In this document: one piece after another, positions 45,833 through 58,089 of the stretch
How the letters are laid out: every line of letters begins with the position of its first letter
Numbering within the stretch: the stretch's first letter is position 1
NCBI GenBank assembly: GCA_010015805.1
Contig: ML978121.1
Span: 2,790,001-2,854,000, forward strand
Direction of reading: 5' to 3'
Source of the DNA: Rhizodiscina lignyota
Taxonomy: Eukaryota
DNA: 64,000 nucleotides
Notes under the pieces: model-generated
The model's database searches: none
Seen by the model: only the letters and a program-made list of their open reading frames with translations
Told to the model about the DNA's origin: nothing
Translations under genes and position numbers: made by a program

Positions 45833-46591
45833 ATTGACCCTCTACTTTAATGCATGCGTCGGAGTTCGGGATTCGGGATTTTCATTTATAGCGCTTGTCA
45901 TGAGCGGTTCACGCCGCGTTTTGGGTATGCATAGTATAGACTTCACTGTGCAAGGTCTTGCTTGCAACTGTATCACTATAGTTTTTCTGTAGATCGACAT
46001 TTTGCCCTGCAAAACTTGGAGTTCGCAAAATACTTTCGTATAATCCGCTACTTCTTCGGGTTATCTAGCTAATAAATTCTTTCGAATAGCCTATTCACCA
46101 TGTTGGTGGAAACATCATTCAGTCTCGTCGAAAATGTATTCTGCCGTTCCCGTCATGTGCGCGGAGGCAGGGTTTGACTTGGGAGATAGCGTCTTCCCCT
46201 GCTTTCACAATGTGTCCGAAAGCACCGTTCAGTTTGACATGAAGCATCTTCCACAAATCCTGTAACATTCTTGTACGACTCGATCCCTAATTATTCGCCA
46301 AATCAGAGCAATGCTCGGATGTTGGTGAGGCTCTGAGATAAAGTGCAAGAGGGCAGTGCGGCGCGTAGCGTAGCGCCATGTGGTTGTTGGCTTGTTTCAT
46401 TCATGAGGCTCTACTCTTATCAAGAGGAAAGAGATCGTGACTTCAAATTCTTAAGAGCAAAGGACATGCAGACTCTTTGAGTAATCCAGAGTTCCCTTTG
46501 GATCGCTGCAAGCTTCTCCACCGCTGTCTATTTCCTTTCATTCCTCAGTTAGACACTTCTCTTCTGTTCAGCCTCATCAATACTAGACATC

Positions 46592-47522
46592 ATGGATTTA
46601 TCCGTACTACAGGTCGGAGTAAGTCTCGCCGCTATATACGGTGCATCAAGGTTAATGTACGACTTGTTCGGATTCAACGAGAGAGTCTCCAAAGTTCCGT
46701 CTATCTGGTGTAGGAAAGAATTCCGACAAGGAGAATTCCTGTTCAATGCCGGCTACCTGGCATGTAAAGACGAACAACAAAAAACAGATCTGGACCCCAA
46801 TAGTGACGACGAGGATGAAGACGATATTCCTACACGCGGAAACTGGACGGACGTAGCGGATGACGTCGAACGAGGATTCATGGATTGCCTTGCGGAACTT
46901 CTCGCCCGGGAGAAACCACTCAAACGAGACGAAGCTTGAGCAATCGGAAGAAGTACGCGTGCTGAAGATACAGCAGGCCACATCTCCGCCGTCGCATTAG
47001 AGACTGTTTAAGGGACACATGAATTCAAGTTATCTTAGCCAAAAATTCTGGATTCGATGAGACAGACAAAGCCCGAATCCGTCTGATCAGCTTCTGCAAG
47101 CAGTTGGAGACCTTCGGCGCAGCATGAGCGACACTGCGTACACAATGCTGCAGCTAGAGAAGCTGCTTATTTCGGGATTCATTGACACTTATGATCAAGC
47201 CAAACAGCAAATTGGAGAGACTGTCGTGAAACTTAAGGCACCAGAAGAGTTTGGGAAAGTCAAACAATTAGCAAAAGAACTCGAGGAGGTACAAAGCAAG
47301 CTCGTCCGGCTTCAAGGAGCTCTATGGCTAAAGCTCAAAACTGAAGAGCAGTCTGATGATGGAGAAGACAGGAAATCACGGAAGAAATTAACCTTAGCTC
47401 GGTATCTGAGAGAAGGACGTATCTACGTCCCGGGCAGTCGTGAGTTTGAGTTTCAGGATTGGCCGCCCTCGGCCGCTGCAATTTCGTCTGGGTTGTACGG
47501 ATCGCATCCAGATAGAGAATAA
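46592..47522 (+). pseudogene. Degenerate fungal hypothetical gene (FMDCLAELLAR..HISAVAL..ILAKNSGF)
   Basis: Protein-like text continues past TGA 46937 (AGHISAVALETV*) and, in a shifted frame, gives IQVILAKNSGFDETDK; several stops and a frameshift. Confidence 0.55.
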
Positions 47523-47559
47523 GTCTTTTCGCTATATAGTGGGGAGGTTACAAACTCAA

Positions 47560-48227
47560 TTACAACTCGAATACGCTTTGTTCACTTTCACTCGAGTGGC
47601 GCTCTCCTTTGTTCGCGGACCATTGCTTCTCTCTCTTGCAGGCACCTTCGTTGACAACGTCATACTCTGGCACCTTTCCATCCTTGAAAGGGAGCTGCAG
47701 CGCAGCTGTCTCTACATTACTCGGATAGTCAGTGAAATGCCCAGGCCCTTCTGTATCGACAGCAACGATCAACGGATTGACTCCCTGCTGAATCCATAGC
47801 CCTGGGTTCTGTGGATCCGAAGGCAGTGTCACATGTGCTATGCCCGTCAGGAGGACGAAAAGCCTATTGTCTGTTAGAACGTGAGATTATATTGAGAGGA
47901 TGATGATACGGCATCAGATAGGCATTATACGAGAGGGGGAAGGTACATTGGATGAGGAGGCTTGTGTAGACCTTCGCCGCTTCGAGGAGGAAGAACGACA
48001 TATGTCAAGTTCGAGACATCGGCGAGATGGACTGCCATTCCGACAGTTGGATATGTGGTAAACGGACGCTTGAAGCGCCAGCACTGTAGTTTCGCCGCAT
48101 TGTGGTCCTCAGGATCTGATATTACCGCAGTAGTTGTGAGATAATAGGCTGGCTCTGTGCTAATGAAGCTGGCATTGACGATTGAAGAAAGCAATGTAAG
48201 GAACAGGAGCTGCAATTTGACTAGCAT
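47560..48227 (-). CDS. Small secreted protein, cupin-like
   Basis: Signal peptide MLVKLQLLFLTLLSSIVNA; LQCW; VLPPRSGEGLHKPPHPM|LFVLLTGIAHVTLP; LIVAVDTEGPGHFTDYPS; intron 47864-47946. Confidence 0.85.
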
Positions 48228-49118
48228 TTCGACGTAGATCTGTTAAAATAGGATTCTAGGAAGGCAAAGTTTTTAAATATGCTTCAGGTGTCGTTGATGT
48301 TTGACTCATAAATGCAGTCGTAGGCTAGTATGCGTGGGAAGGTAGATTTAGGTGGCTAGTACCGAAAGTTAGGTGCACTAGGCCCCTAGAATCGGTCGAT
48401 TTGCGGGCGTCTCGACCAGTATCCAGTAGTGCTTCCGGGACTCGCGGCTTCTATTGCCCCGGTGGGTCCTCACGAACTTACCGTCGCGTGATTCTACGCC
48501 TTCCAAGTCTCTTGCACTGAAAACGTCATCACTTGACGATATACAAACGACACGATGAATTTGCGTGAGAATCACTCTATTAGAGACGAAGTTGCTCACG
48601 GAGAGAGCTTACCCGGGAATAGTCATCTTGAAAAGCAGCTCGTCGCAAAAAGTCTTTCCATCGACCTCACTCCATTTCGTCTCTCCCTCGGTCCAACTGC
48701 ATTCGTCTATTTCATTAAACTTTCAAAACACTTCGACTGCAGAGTCTCAGTTCAGATGCTGTCCTACGATAGGCCCCTTCGTTTAAAATGGAAGCAACGG
48801 CCCAACGGGTAACGGTGCAATAACGACTGAAGTTCAGCCGAATCTTACTCGTTTAGAATATTAGCCACAGTCTCGGCCAACTGATTCAATATATATTGGA
48901 ACTTCCAGCTTCTCCTTCATTGTCGTGCTCTCTTTAGCCCTAGGATTACATTCAGAGGGCCATCCAGTCCATCAGTCGTGCCTGGGCCACCGTGCTCCGT
49001 GTCCGCTTTCTATCCAGAGCACGTTATATATTCGATTCGCTTCGTCCATTTCAGTAGTTATAAAGATTAAAATCTACAGACAAGGCCAATCACTCAGTTA
49101 ACGTGTACTTGAAACACA

Positions 49119-50733
49119 ATGACCGGCGGCTGGAACGTGGTATATCTGTCCACGGTTCTACTTTTCACGACTATCATTTTTCTGATATTCAAGGTGAGCA
49201 TATTCTCCTTACCTTTTCTCAAACGTTTGCTATCAATACTAAATGACCTGTTCATAGGCGCTTCGTAATCCTCTGCGGCATATACCGGGCCCATGGCATT
49301 CTCTGGTGACCAGTTATCCTCTTAAATTGGACGTGTTGAAAGGCCGCCGCCTTCATCATATCCACCGGCTGCACCTGAAATATGGGCCCATTGTACGAGT
49401 TGGGCCAACAGAGCTTGCCGTCGCTGACATCGATGCCTACAAAATTATCTATCGCGCTGGCTTAGCTGGTTTCCAAAAGGATGACTGGTACTTTGGCCTG
49501 ACTGACTTTCCGATCAAGGCCGTCTTCAACATGAGTGATAACAAGGAGCACGCTACACGGCGACGTATGCTGGCTCCTGGTTTTACGAAGACCAATATCG
49601 TGCGAGAGTGGCAACCTGTTGTACAGGAGAACACGAAGCTGGCGATGAGACAGATGCGTTCTGAGGCCGAAAATACCGGGGTAAAGTAGACGTGCTGAAG
49701 TGGTTCATGTTTTACGCTGCAGATGTCAGCGCCACCGCCTTGTTTGGCGAAAGCTTTGAGATGTTGATGGCTGGAGAGGTGAGCTATCCTGTCTCTACAA
49801 GATCAGCCACTAGCTGATAGAAGCTCGCAGCGGAATCAATATATCAGAGACTTGGAAAAAGTCATGATGTGGGGTGGCCTTGGATATGAGTTTCCAATGC
49901 TGAGGTTCATTTCACAGCACCTTCCTCCGCTGCCTTTCGAGGTGACTCTTCAACTCTCGAGTGCTGCAAAGACTATCTCTCAGTATGGACAGAAGGCTGT
50001 GGCTGCATCAAGACTTACAAATACGTTGACCCGCAACGTATTCAAGACCATGATCGCGGATGCAGAGAAGGGCCTGCCATCTCTAACAGACCTGGACGTC
50101 AGCGTTGAAGCCGGGAATCTTCAGATAGCCGGGACCGATACCACGGCAAATACGCTCACATTTCTAGTGTGGGCTGTCGCCAAACGGCCTGAAATTCAGC
50201 TCAGATTGGCACAAGAAGTCGCCGTGGTACGCGAGGAAGAGCTAAACGATGTACGATTGTCACAGTTGCCTTTCCTCGATGCCGTTATTCAAGAGACGCT
50301 TCGATTGTACCCTGCCGTTGGCAGCAGTCTTCTGCGTGTGGTTCCTCGGGGCGGTGCAGATCTTTGCGGTTATGCCATACCAGAAGGTACAACCGTAGGG
50401 ACGACAGCTTATACGATACACCGACTCTCGTCTGTATGGGGCCCCGACGCCGAGAAGTTCAGGCCGGAGCGATGGCTTGAATACGCTGAAAAGGGTATTT
50501 CTGGCGTGTCCGATGAGGCAAAAGCAGCGTTCAATCCGTTCGGCGGGGGCTCCAGATCTTGTTTAGGACTGCATCTTGCAATGATGGAGCTACGTATTGC
50601 TGTTGCGATGTTTTACCGCGAATTCAAGGTGAGCATGAAAGTGGCGGAAGAGACAACAGACGAGAGCATGGAAATGGAAGATTACTTTGTAATCGCTCCA
50701 AAGGGCCATACCTGCGTCTTGGTTGCAACGTAA
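49119..50733 (+). pseudogene. Cytochrome P450 with an apparent single frameshift at ~49678-49681 (pseudogene or sequencing error)
   Basis: Exons 49119-49193, 49258-49778, 49831-50733; AGTDTT, ETLR, PERW, FGGGSRSCLG. Exon 2 hits TAG at 49687-49689, while the P450-like VDVLKWFMFYAADV..FGESF lies in another frame. Confidence 0.8.
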
Positions 50734-51005
50734 TAATGTTATCCGGGGTTCGATGTTGAGGATTTGATGGAAATGGGTGAGGCGGAGCTGACGAACGAGG
50801 CCGTCCCGCTACTCGGGATTCCTATCTGGGCAATTCCACTTTCACTCCAGAATCACAAGAGATATTCGATATCAAGTAAAGGAATCGGCAGCGGATAGCC
50901 TTCTTGATGATATATATGAAGAGGGGAAGATGCATACATAGCTAAGTACGTTGTCCCTCACAATTCGAGTTCCATACTTGGGCGGATAAACGTCTCCTCG
51001 CCATC

Positions 51006-52490
51006 ATGATCCTTCCTATTGCCATTGTATTCTTTGCAGCATTTTTCATCCTTTTCATTCAACCTGTCCTGGTATATTTTCTCGACAAGAAGCATCTCCG
51101 CAAGTTTCCTGCTCCAGCTTACGCCGGACTCTCCTCGTTATGGCGGATCTCACACAACCTCCGACGGCAACACTATCAAGCCATCCACAATGCCCACCAA
51201 CAACTAGGCACGCACGTACGCATTGGTCCAAACCACATTTCTGTCTCGGATCCACTCGCCATGAACGACATTTATGGCCACGGTGCAAACATGCTGAAAG
51301 AGGGTTTTTATGACGGGGGGGCCGGCGAGTTTCGCAACCTAGCTGACGCTCGTGTGAAAGCCGAGCATCAACGGAAGAGAAGGATGCTCGCGCATATTTT
51401 TGCTCAGAAGACTATTGTGAGCCTAGAGCCGATGGTTAGAGGCACGATCACTGCTCTCGTGGAGCAGGTGGACAAGCATGCCGCTGATGAAAGACCTATC
51501 AACTTACGGAGATACATGAACTACTTCACCATAGACTTCTTCTCCCAGCTGGTATATGGGGAAAGCTTGGGTTGCGTCAGACGTGGCAACGACATCGTGA
51601 CGGCCGAAACGAAAGACGGAAAGGTGTACCAAGTTCCATTTATAAAGTCACTGCACGAGGCCATGATCATGAATACCGCACTCGCTATAGAAGCACCGTT
51701 GCTTCCCATAACTAAGAAGTTGTTCAAGTGGCATCCATACGCGAGATCTGGACTGGATTATGAGAACGTTATCTATCATAAGACTTCGAAGCGATTGCAA
51801 AAGCCGGAAGCTCAGGACGACATCTTTGCAAAGTTCATGAAGAGCATGAACAGCGACCCGGGGATGCCAATCGGAGAAGTGCTAGCAGAGTGTAGCGTCC
51901 TCATGAACGGCGGAACCGACACGACTGCCGCTGCGCTCACGAACACCATCTATCTCTTATACAAGCATCCTGCCACACTGCGGAAGTTGCGAGCAGAGCT
52001 CGGCGATGCCATCGGGGATGTCAACCTTCCAAGTTACGACCAAGTATCACAACTTCCATATCTCCGCGCCTGTATCGAGGAGTCGCTCCGTTTGCGTCCC
52101 GCAAGCTCGATGGGTCTCCCGCGCATCGTCCCCAAGGGCGGCCGAGTCATTGCAGGAAAGTTCATTGAGGAGGACGTGACAGTGTCGGTGCCGACCTACA
52201 CGTTACTACGCGACCCGCAAGCATTCGATGAACCGGAGCGGTACAACCCCGATCGTTGGATCGATGGCGACAGGGAGAAGATGAGTAAGGCACATTTGCC
52301 GTTTAGCACGGGGCCTAGGGCCTGTATTGGGAGGAACATTGCATACTTTGAACAATTGCTGGTCATTGCGACTTTGGTGCATTCATTTGACTTCGAGTTT
52401 GAAAGTCCAGACTTTAAGCTGGAGATTGCGGAGAGGTTTAACTCGAATCCTGGGGAGATGTTTGTTACCTGTCATCGACGTTCGCAATAG
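51006..52490 (+). CDS. Cytochrome P450 (benzoate 4-monooxygenase-like, CYP53 clan)
   Basis: Intronless 494 aa; N-terminal anchor, HVRIGPNHIS, GGTDTT, ESLR, PDRW, FSTGPRACIGRN. Confidence 0.92.
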   Translation: MILPIAIVFFAAFFILFIQPVLVYFLDKKHLRKFPAPAYAGLSSLWRISHNLRRQHYQAIHNAHQQLGTHVRIGPNHISVSDPLAMNDIYGHGANMLKEGFYDGGAGEFRNLADARVKAEHQRKRRMLAHIFAQKTIVSLEPMVRGTITALVEQVDKHAADERPINLRRYMNYFTIDFFSQLVYGESLGCVRRGNDIVTAETKDGKVYQVPFIKSLHEAMIMNTALAIEAPLLPITKKLFKWHPYARSGLDYENVIYHKTSKRLQKPEAQDDIFAKFMKSMNSDPGMPIGEVLAECSVLMNGGTDTTAAALTNTIYLLYKHPATLRKLRAELGDAIGDVNLPSYDQVSQLPYLRACIEESLRLRPASSMGLPRIVPKGGRVIAGKFIEEDVTVSVPTYTLLRDPQAFDEPERYNPDRWIDGDREKMSKAHLPFSTGPRACIGRNIAYFEQLLVIATLVHSFDFEFESPDFKLEIAERFNSNPGEMFVTCHRRSQ

Positions 52491-52696
52491 GAGCAGCGGA
52501 AAGTTGTCCGGCGTTCCAGGCCCACATTGTATTTAGTCGGAGAGACTCATAAGTCGCTTGTCGTTATAAAGGCGAATCAAAATAAAGTGTATGTGAACAT
52601 GGAATAGAGAAGTTAATAAATATTGGCAATTGCAAAATAGCTCGTCTCTCGAGCCTATCTAATTTTCCCTGTTAACACATGATATGATGATTGGGC

Positions 52697-54846
52697 TCAT
52701 TCCTCACTTAAGCGCCACGCCCTCAATGGCAAGCCTTGCAGCTTCAGCACTGCCGGCTTGATATATCCCCAGAAAGTCAGCACGCCAATAATGATACAGA
52801 GTATATTTACAATGTAGAAACCATCTCGAGTGATGCTGCAAGTGCCGCCACCATCCCTGCAGCGGTGCTTCTCGGCCTCCAGCACGCAGCTGAAAGGCGC
52901 GGTGATGAGATCTCCTTTGAGTTCTGAAGGAGCGGTCTCGGGAGGAACGCAGGTAGCGACGGTGAACATGTCGATGAACTTGAGAACGAAGAAGCGAGGG
53001 AAGGTTCCGCCAAGATTGGATACGCTACACTTTCGTTAGCATCTGTGCAAAATTGACTAGGAATAATACTTACGTTGCGAGAAGGGTCATGTATGTTCCG
53101 CCAATGACAGGATCTGCAATCTTGGCGTGGAACGCGCTCGCTGCCACGAACATGACTGTGCCCATGAAAGTCGAGAAGACGTGTCCGCAGATGACAGCGA
53201 TCAGGTAGCCCGTATTAACACCTCCACTTGGGAAGAGCATGACGACTAACTGCGCTATTCCAGCAGCAATCAAACGACCAACGAATGCCCAGCACCACAG
53301 CTGCATGGGTGGATACGTGGCGCTCCATTTACCAACGTAGTAGCCTAGGCCAATTTCGAATGGAAAGTCGATAAGGACTGTTAGTGCGAGGTCATCCTGC
53401 GTGAATCCCTTGTCAAGCAACTTCAGAAACGTAGCGGCATCGTTGGCCTGGAATCCAATCTTCGCAATGAGATGGACGATAATGATCGACTGGATGTTCC
53501 TGAGCTTCAAAATTCCTCCCATCACTTTGTAGACATCCCAGACGCCTTCCGTGTTCTTTGTTAGTTCTTCGCGTTTGAGAAAGCCCAAGCCAAGGGTGAC
53601 AACGAGATAGAGCCACCCAGAAGCAGCGAGGGCGCCGCCAAGAGTAACAAGACCATAGTCCAGAGGCTCAGTCCGGAACCAGCGGTTCGCAAAATCTTTG
53701 GAGTTGAAGGCGAGAAAGACCGTAGACGACAAGAACTGGCCGGCAGTCAAGCCGACTGTCTGAGCCGTCGACGCGTAAGAGAGATTTTCGTGAGAAAGTA
53801 AAGTCAGAGCCCATCCTGCTAGCCTGTCAGTTACTACTCGTAGGTCAAGAAATGAGTGCCGTACCGTCTACTGCGATGTCCTGCGTTGCGCATGTGAAAA
53901 CGAGTCCAAACCACCACCATGTGAAGCCCCATACGCCAGCTCCATCATCCTCTCCAGCAGCATTTATCATGCCTTCAACTCTTGAAGCCAGCCAAAGCAT
54001 ACCGATGCCGCTCAATGTCTGTACGGGTAGGATCCAGCTCTTTCTTCTACCGATTTTCCGGCTCCAGACTGCGTCGACAATAGGACTCCATAGTAGCTTC
54101 AGGCTGTATGGGTATATTGCAAGCGAAAATACGCCTATCTGCCCATAGCTGACATGCTGCTTCAGCAAGAATGGTACAGATCCACTTGCAAGACCCATTG
54201 GCAACCCCTGGAGAAAGTACAGTAGCACCAGCATAAGGAAATTCCTCCGGTCTTTCTCAGGCAGTTCTGTGAAACCCCTTGAGACAGGTTCGTGATCGTG
54301 GCTCATCCGTGGCACTGGATCGTCCAACGTGAAGCTCTCTCTGCTCATCAAGTGCGCAGTCTGCGACGCAGACGTTGGCGAATCGAGAACGGCATGTTTG
54401 CGCCGATGCTCGAGTGGTCGTTCCATCGAGCCTGTCGCGTGGCCGTTTTGTTCACTGGCGTCTATAGATGTTTTTATCCCGTTCGGCCTACCCTTCTTGC
54501 CCATTTGGTGTGAAGACGAGGATGAGGGTCCGTCAGGATCGTCAGAGAGGTCGGAGTCGAATTCGTCAGGAGGGAGGAGCTTCTCGTTCTCTGCTTCGCC
54601 TGCTTCTGGTCTATGAGGTTCTAAAGATGTCCTACTATTTCTTCTATGACCCGATGAAAGTCGTGGCGTTCGCGGCGACACAGGAGAGTGTGGGGTTGGA
54701 AGTTCAGCGAGCTCGTGTGCGTTTCCAAGTTCGACGTCTACTCTAGAATTGCGGCTTAGGTGGACGGGCAAAATGTGTGGTTCAGACACAGAGGGAATGA
54801 CAGGAAGGCTAGTGTGAGGGAATGTGTTGCCTGTTGGTGGAGGCAT
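52697..54846 (-). CDS. Acetyl-CoA transporter 1 (Acatn/SLC33A1-like, MFS)
   Basis: LLYFLQGLPMGL, YPYSLKLLWSPIVD, GRRKSWI, ATQDIAVDG|WAL, IADPVIGGTYMTLLAT|VSNLGGTFP, GGTCSITRDGFY; introns 53816-53864 and 53025-53073. Confidence 0.93.
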
Positions 54847-55314
54847 AAATCCATGTGGTGAGTGGCGGTTGGTTGCTGAATGAGGCAGTTTGCGTCAAGT
54901 GCTACGGTGGCCTTTCAAGGTGCTTAGCTCCCCACAGGACTAGCAACGGAAACGGGTCGACGACTGGTGGGCGCCTTTTTGGCAGTTCTGCGAAATTTTC
55001 AAGAGCTGCATATAGACTCGGTGGTCGAGTGCAAGTCGAAAGGATAATACATGTAATCCGTCGTCTGATATAAGAAAGGGAGATCTATCTTCAGCCCAAT
55101 GCATGCCTGCATGCCGCGCTGATATGTATAGCTGAAAACCGCGCTAAGGCCGATGGAGAAATCTTTAAACATCCAGAACGCGACGTGAACAACAAATTCC
55201 CATACCTTCGAATGTCATTCAGTATTGTCCATTGAACAGACTGTCTTTTATTCAAGAACGCGCCGGACCTTCCAATTTCCTAAATACGTCCATCACGAGT
55301 TAAATTTCGCAACT

Positions 55315-56226
55315 ATGGACGTATTAGAGGACGCGCCAACCACCCCACTCGATCGAGAAATCGCGTCAATACGCGCAGAGAGTACGTCAATTGACTCTAT
55401 GCTCCACTGACTCTATTGCTTACTGATATCTCGCGCAGTCGCTGCTCTTCGTCATCGCCGCTCTCTCCTTTCGACAACACTTCTGTCAGACCACCGAGTG
55501 CGCGATCGCATACAGCGCGCTAAGACAAATCGATCGCGACGCGCAATATCCTCAGAAGCTCTCGAAAGAGTCGCAGACCTCGCTGAGAAGCAAGAACGTC
55601 GAAATGTAGAAAACGCTTATCGCATCGGCGCCGGTGTCACCTCGTTCAAAGTACAAGACCCAGATCCACATGCAGTCGACGGTGGACGTGTTCTGGGCAT
55701 TCGCATTGAAGTATTCGACGCGCAGACGAAGAGCTTTGGCACGCCATACTACGTATTTCTAAATAGGCCATATGGTGCTGAAGGGGCGATGAGAGTACAC
55801 AAGCATACGGTTCCGCCGCATATTGGGATCAAAAATGTGGTCCACAAATATCTCCCACAGGAAGGAAAGCAGGATCTTGGGCGCTTTGCGCGTATGCTGA
55901 GAAGAGAGCTGGTGGCGCATCAGAAGCGAGTGGACTCTATTGAAGGACTCAAAGTTGAGGCAGAGCTACCAGAAGCTGGCCTCGAGAGTATCAAAGCAAC
56001 AGATATCAGTGCTAGGGAAATGGTCATCACGTGGAACGACGGGTGTACCGGAAGAGTTAAGATCGGGAAGGATGGAAGCATTGATGGAGTTACTGTGAGA
56101 GAAGAAGGTGCAAATACGCAGAAAGTTGCAGGGACGAGGAGAAGAGGCCGAGAGCGTGCTATTGCGGGTGGTGACGGCAGAATCGAGGGGGTCATCCGTA
56201 GGCTACTCAAGGAGGGTGGATGGTGA
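55315..56226 (+). CDS. Kinetochore protein of the CENP-O/Mcm21/Mal2 family
   Basis: Exon 55315-55381, intron 55382-55438; ENAYRIGAGVTSFKVQDPDPHAVDGGRVLGIRIE..PYYVFL..RVHKHTVP..QDLGRFARMLRREL. Confidence 0.88.
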
Positions 56227-56311
56227 AATGCGACTCTGAAAAACAATACTGCGATCTCTAAATTCTAGGGTATTCTATCAATACAAGCCCTTCTGGGACG
56301 CTGAGTAGAGT

Positions 56312-57747
56312 TCATGACAAAAGGATGTCGTAACCGTCTTGCTGGATCCTGACTTCATTATTGCCAATGCCATATCTCCTTCGCACGAGTTCGAAGACAA
56401 TGAGTCCAGCGCTGGTACTAGGCGTTTGCCGGATCGTGTTCCAGAGGAAGTCTTTGTAAAGCCATCTTCTCCAACCTCCAATCCTTCTAGCTTGTCTTTT
56501 ACATTGCTCGTACGTCTTTTCATATGCGTGATAATACAATCTGAATATACTAGGCCTCGAACGTTGCAGTTTCGCTGCGTAATCCAGCGACTCTAATCGG
56601 TTGTAATGTACGTTTTGGATCTGAGTGAGCGGATGTTGAATTAATTGCTGAGCTACGGAGGCAGATACTCCAGCCAAGAGGAGGAACGCCGGTTCCAGCG
56701 CATAATGGGGCCGAATCACGGGAGGTTTGCCGTCAGCAGTAGCAGGAGCTGAGTTCTTCCAGCTCAGAACTGCGGATACAGATTGGTTGCCGTAAACACG
56801 AGTTAGGAAACCGTAGTAAGCCTGCGACTTGGTATACTCGAACGCGGCGAAGAATGCGCCGTACCCAAGGGAGTCTTTCAAGAATGTGAGAGTGTAACCA
56901 GCGAAGACACCTTGAGGTCCAATAGTTCGAAGTTTGTCATAAGCATAGTGCCACATGCCTACAAGGTGGTCAGCTACTATGCAGGATTATTTTCGAATCG
57001 GTCACACAACTCACTCTTCCAACGACCTTCCAGCATTTCACTGGTCTTGAAACGAACCTGCAACGCATCCAAGGGAGCAGCAACAAGTGATTGAATAGAA
57101 CCAGCAGAAAAACCTGCGGTAAAGGTATACACAAGTGGAGGTGGTGGGTGTACTCTCTTTTGAGACCGTGCTGCCGGCTCATAAAGAGCGGCAAGGGTTT
57201 GGAGATATGAAGTATAAAGCACAGCGCCGACACTAATACGTAGAAGTTAATTGGCCGAGAATGTTGTCAAATAATGAGGTTTACTGTACCTAACGTTTGC
57301 TAGCAAAGGCGGAAGAACTTGTCGTGGGATGAAACTCCACCCGTGATTCTTAACAGCATACGCCAGCAGACCAGGAGTCGAAGTCTTCAATGACCAAGGA
57401 GCATTCTCTTTGACCCGGGGGTTAATGGCTCGGGCGTAACCCTTTACAATAGAGCGTTAGAGAGCTTTCTAGCCTGTGAATAGGATGGAAAGGGAGTTTC
57501 CTACCATATAGCTTTGAAATGTCAGCATTGTGTCCTACTCGTTGGAACGATGCATGACTTACTCGACCCGTGTGCGGAAGAAGGCTTTGACGGGAGCCCT
57601 GAAATAGAACTGAACCATCTGAGCAATAATCGCCCTGCTACCTGCTGCAGATGCTCCCGTCGCCGCATTATTCTTTGGCTTTCTCCCATCCCCGAGAGCA
57701 GATGAAGGAGGGAAATCCACAGGGCGGCCATCAAGCGGAGACGTCAT
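56312..57747 (-). CDS. Mitochondrial carrier-like protein
   Basis: Multi-exon, including a 7-nt micro-exon at 57505-57511; AGSIQSLVAAPLDALQVR (Px[DE]xx.R), LKDSLGYGAFFAAFE, QQLIQHPL, RQTPSTSAGLIVFELVRR. Confidence 0.85.
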
Positions 57748-58089
57748 GGTCAACTACTGCCGAAAAGGCGCCTCAATAATTCACTCATCGTGAATCACAC
57801 TCAGTGTCTCGCAAGCCCAAGAAAGACCATCTTCTCAAGATATCTTGCGGCGTCGCTGCCTGGAGAGAGCTGCAGCAGTGAACCTCAAGTCAGTGCCGCT
57901 CGTTCCGCGCTAACCTAATCGGGTATAATGAGAAGAGGTCCCGCGTAATAGCAAAGCGCGGCGCGTTCATATGCACACCTCAGTACTTAAACAACCTTCC
58001 TCCCCACTTTCACCTTCCTTCCTACAACCCTCAAACCTTTCGCGCAGCTCCATCGACAAACCCACAGCTGCCACGAAATCGCCGCGACC

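Noticed and set aside
49119..52490. Secondary-metabolite biosynthetic gene cluster
   Set aside because: No backbone enzyme or cluster regulator nearby; the flanking genes are housekeeping.
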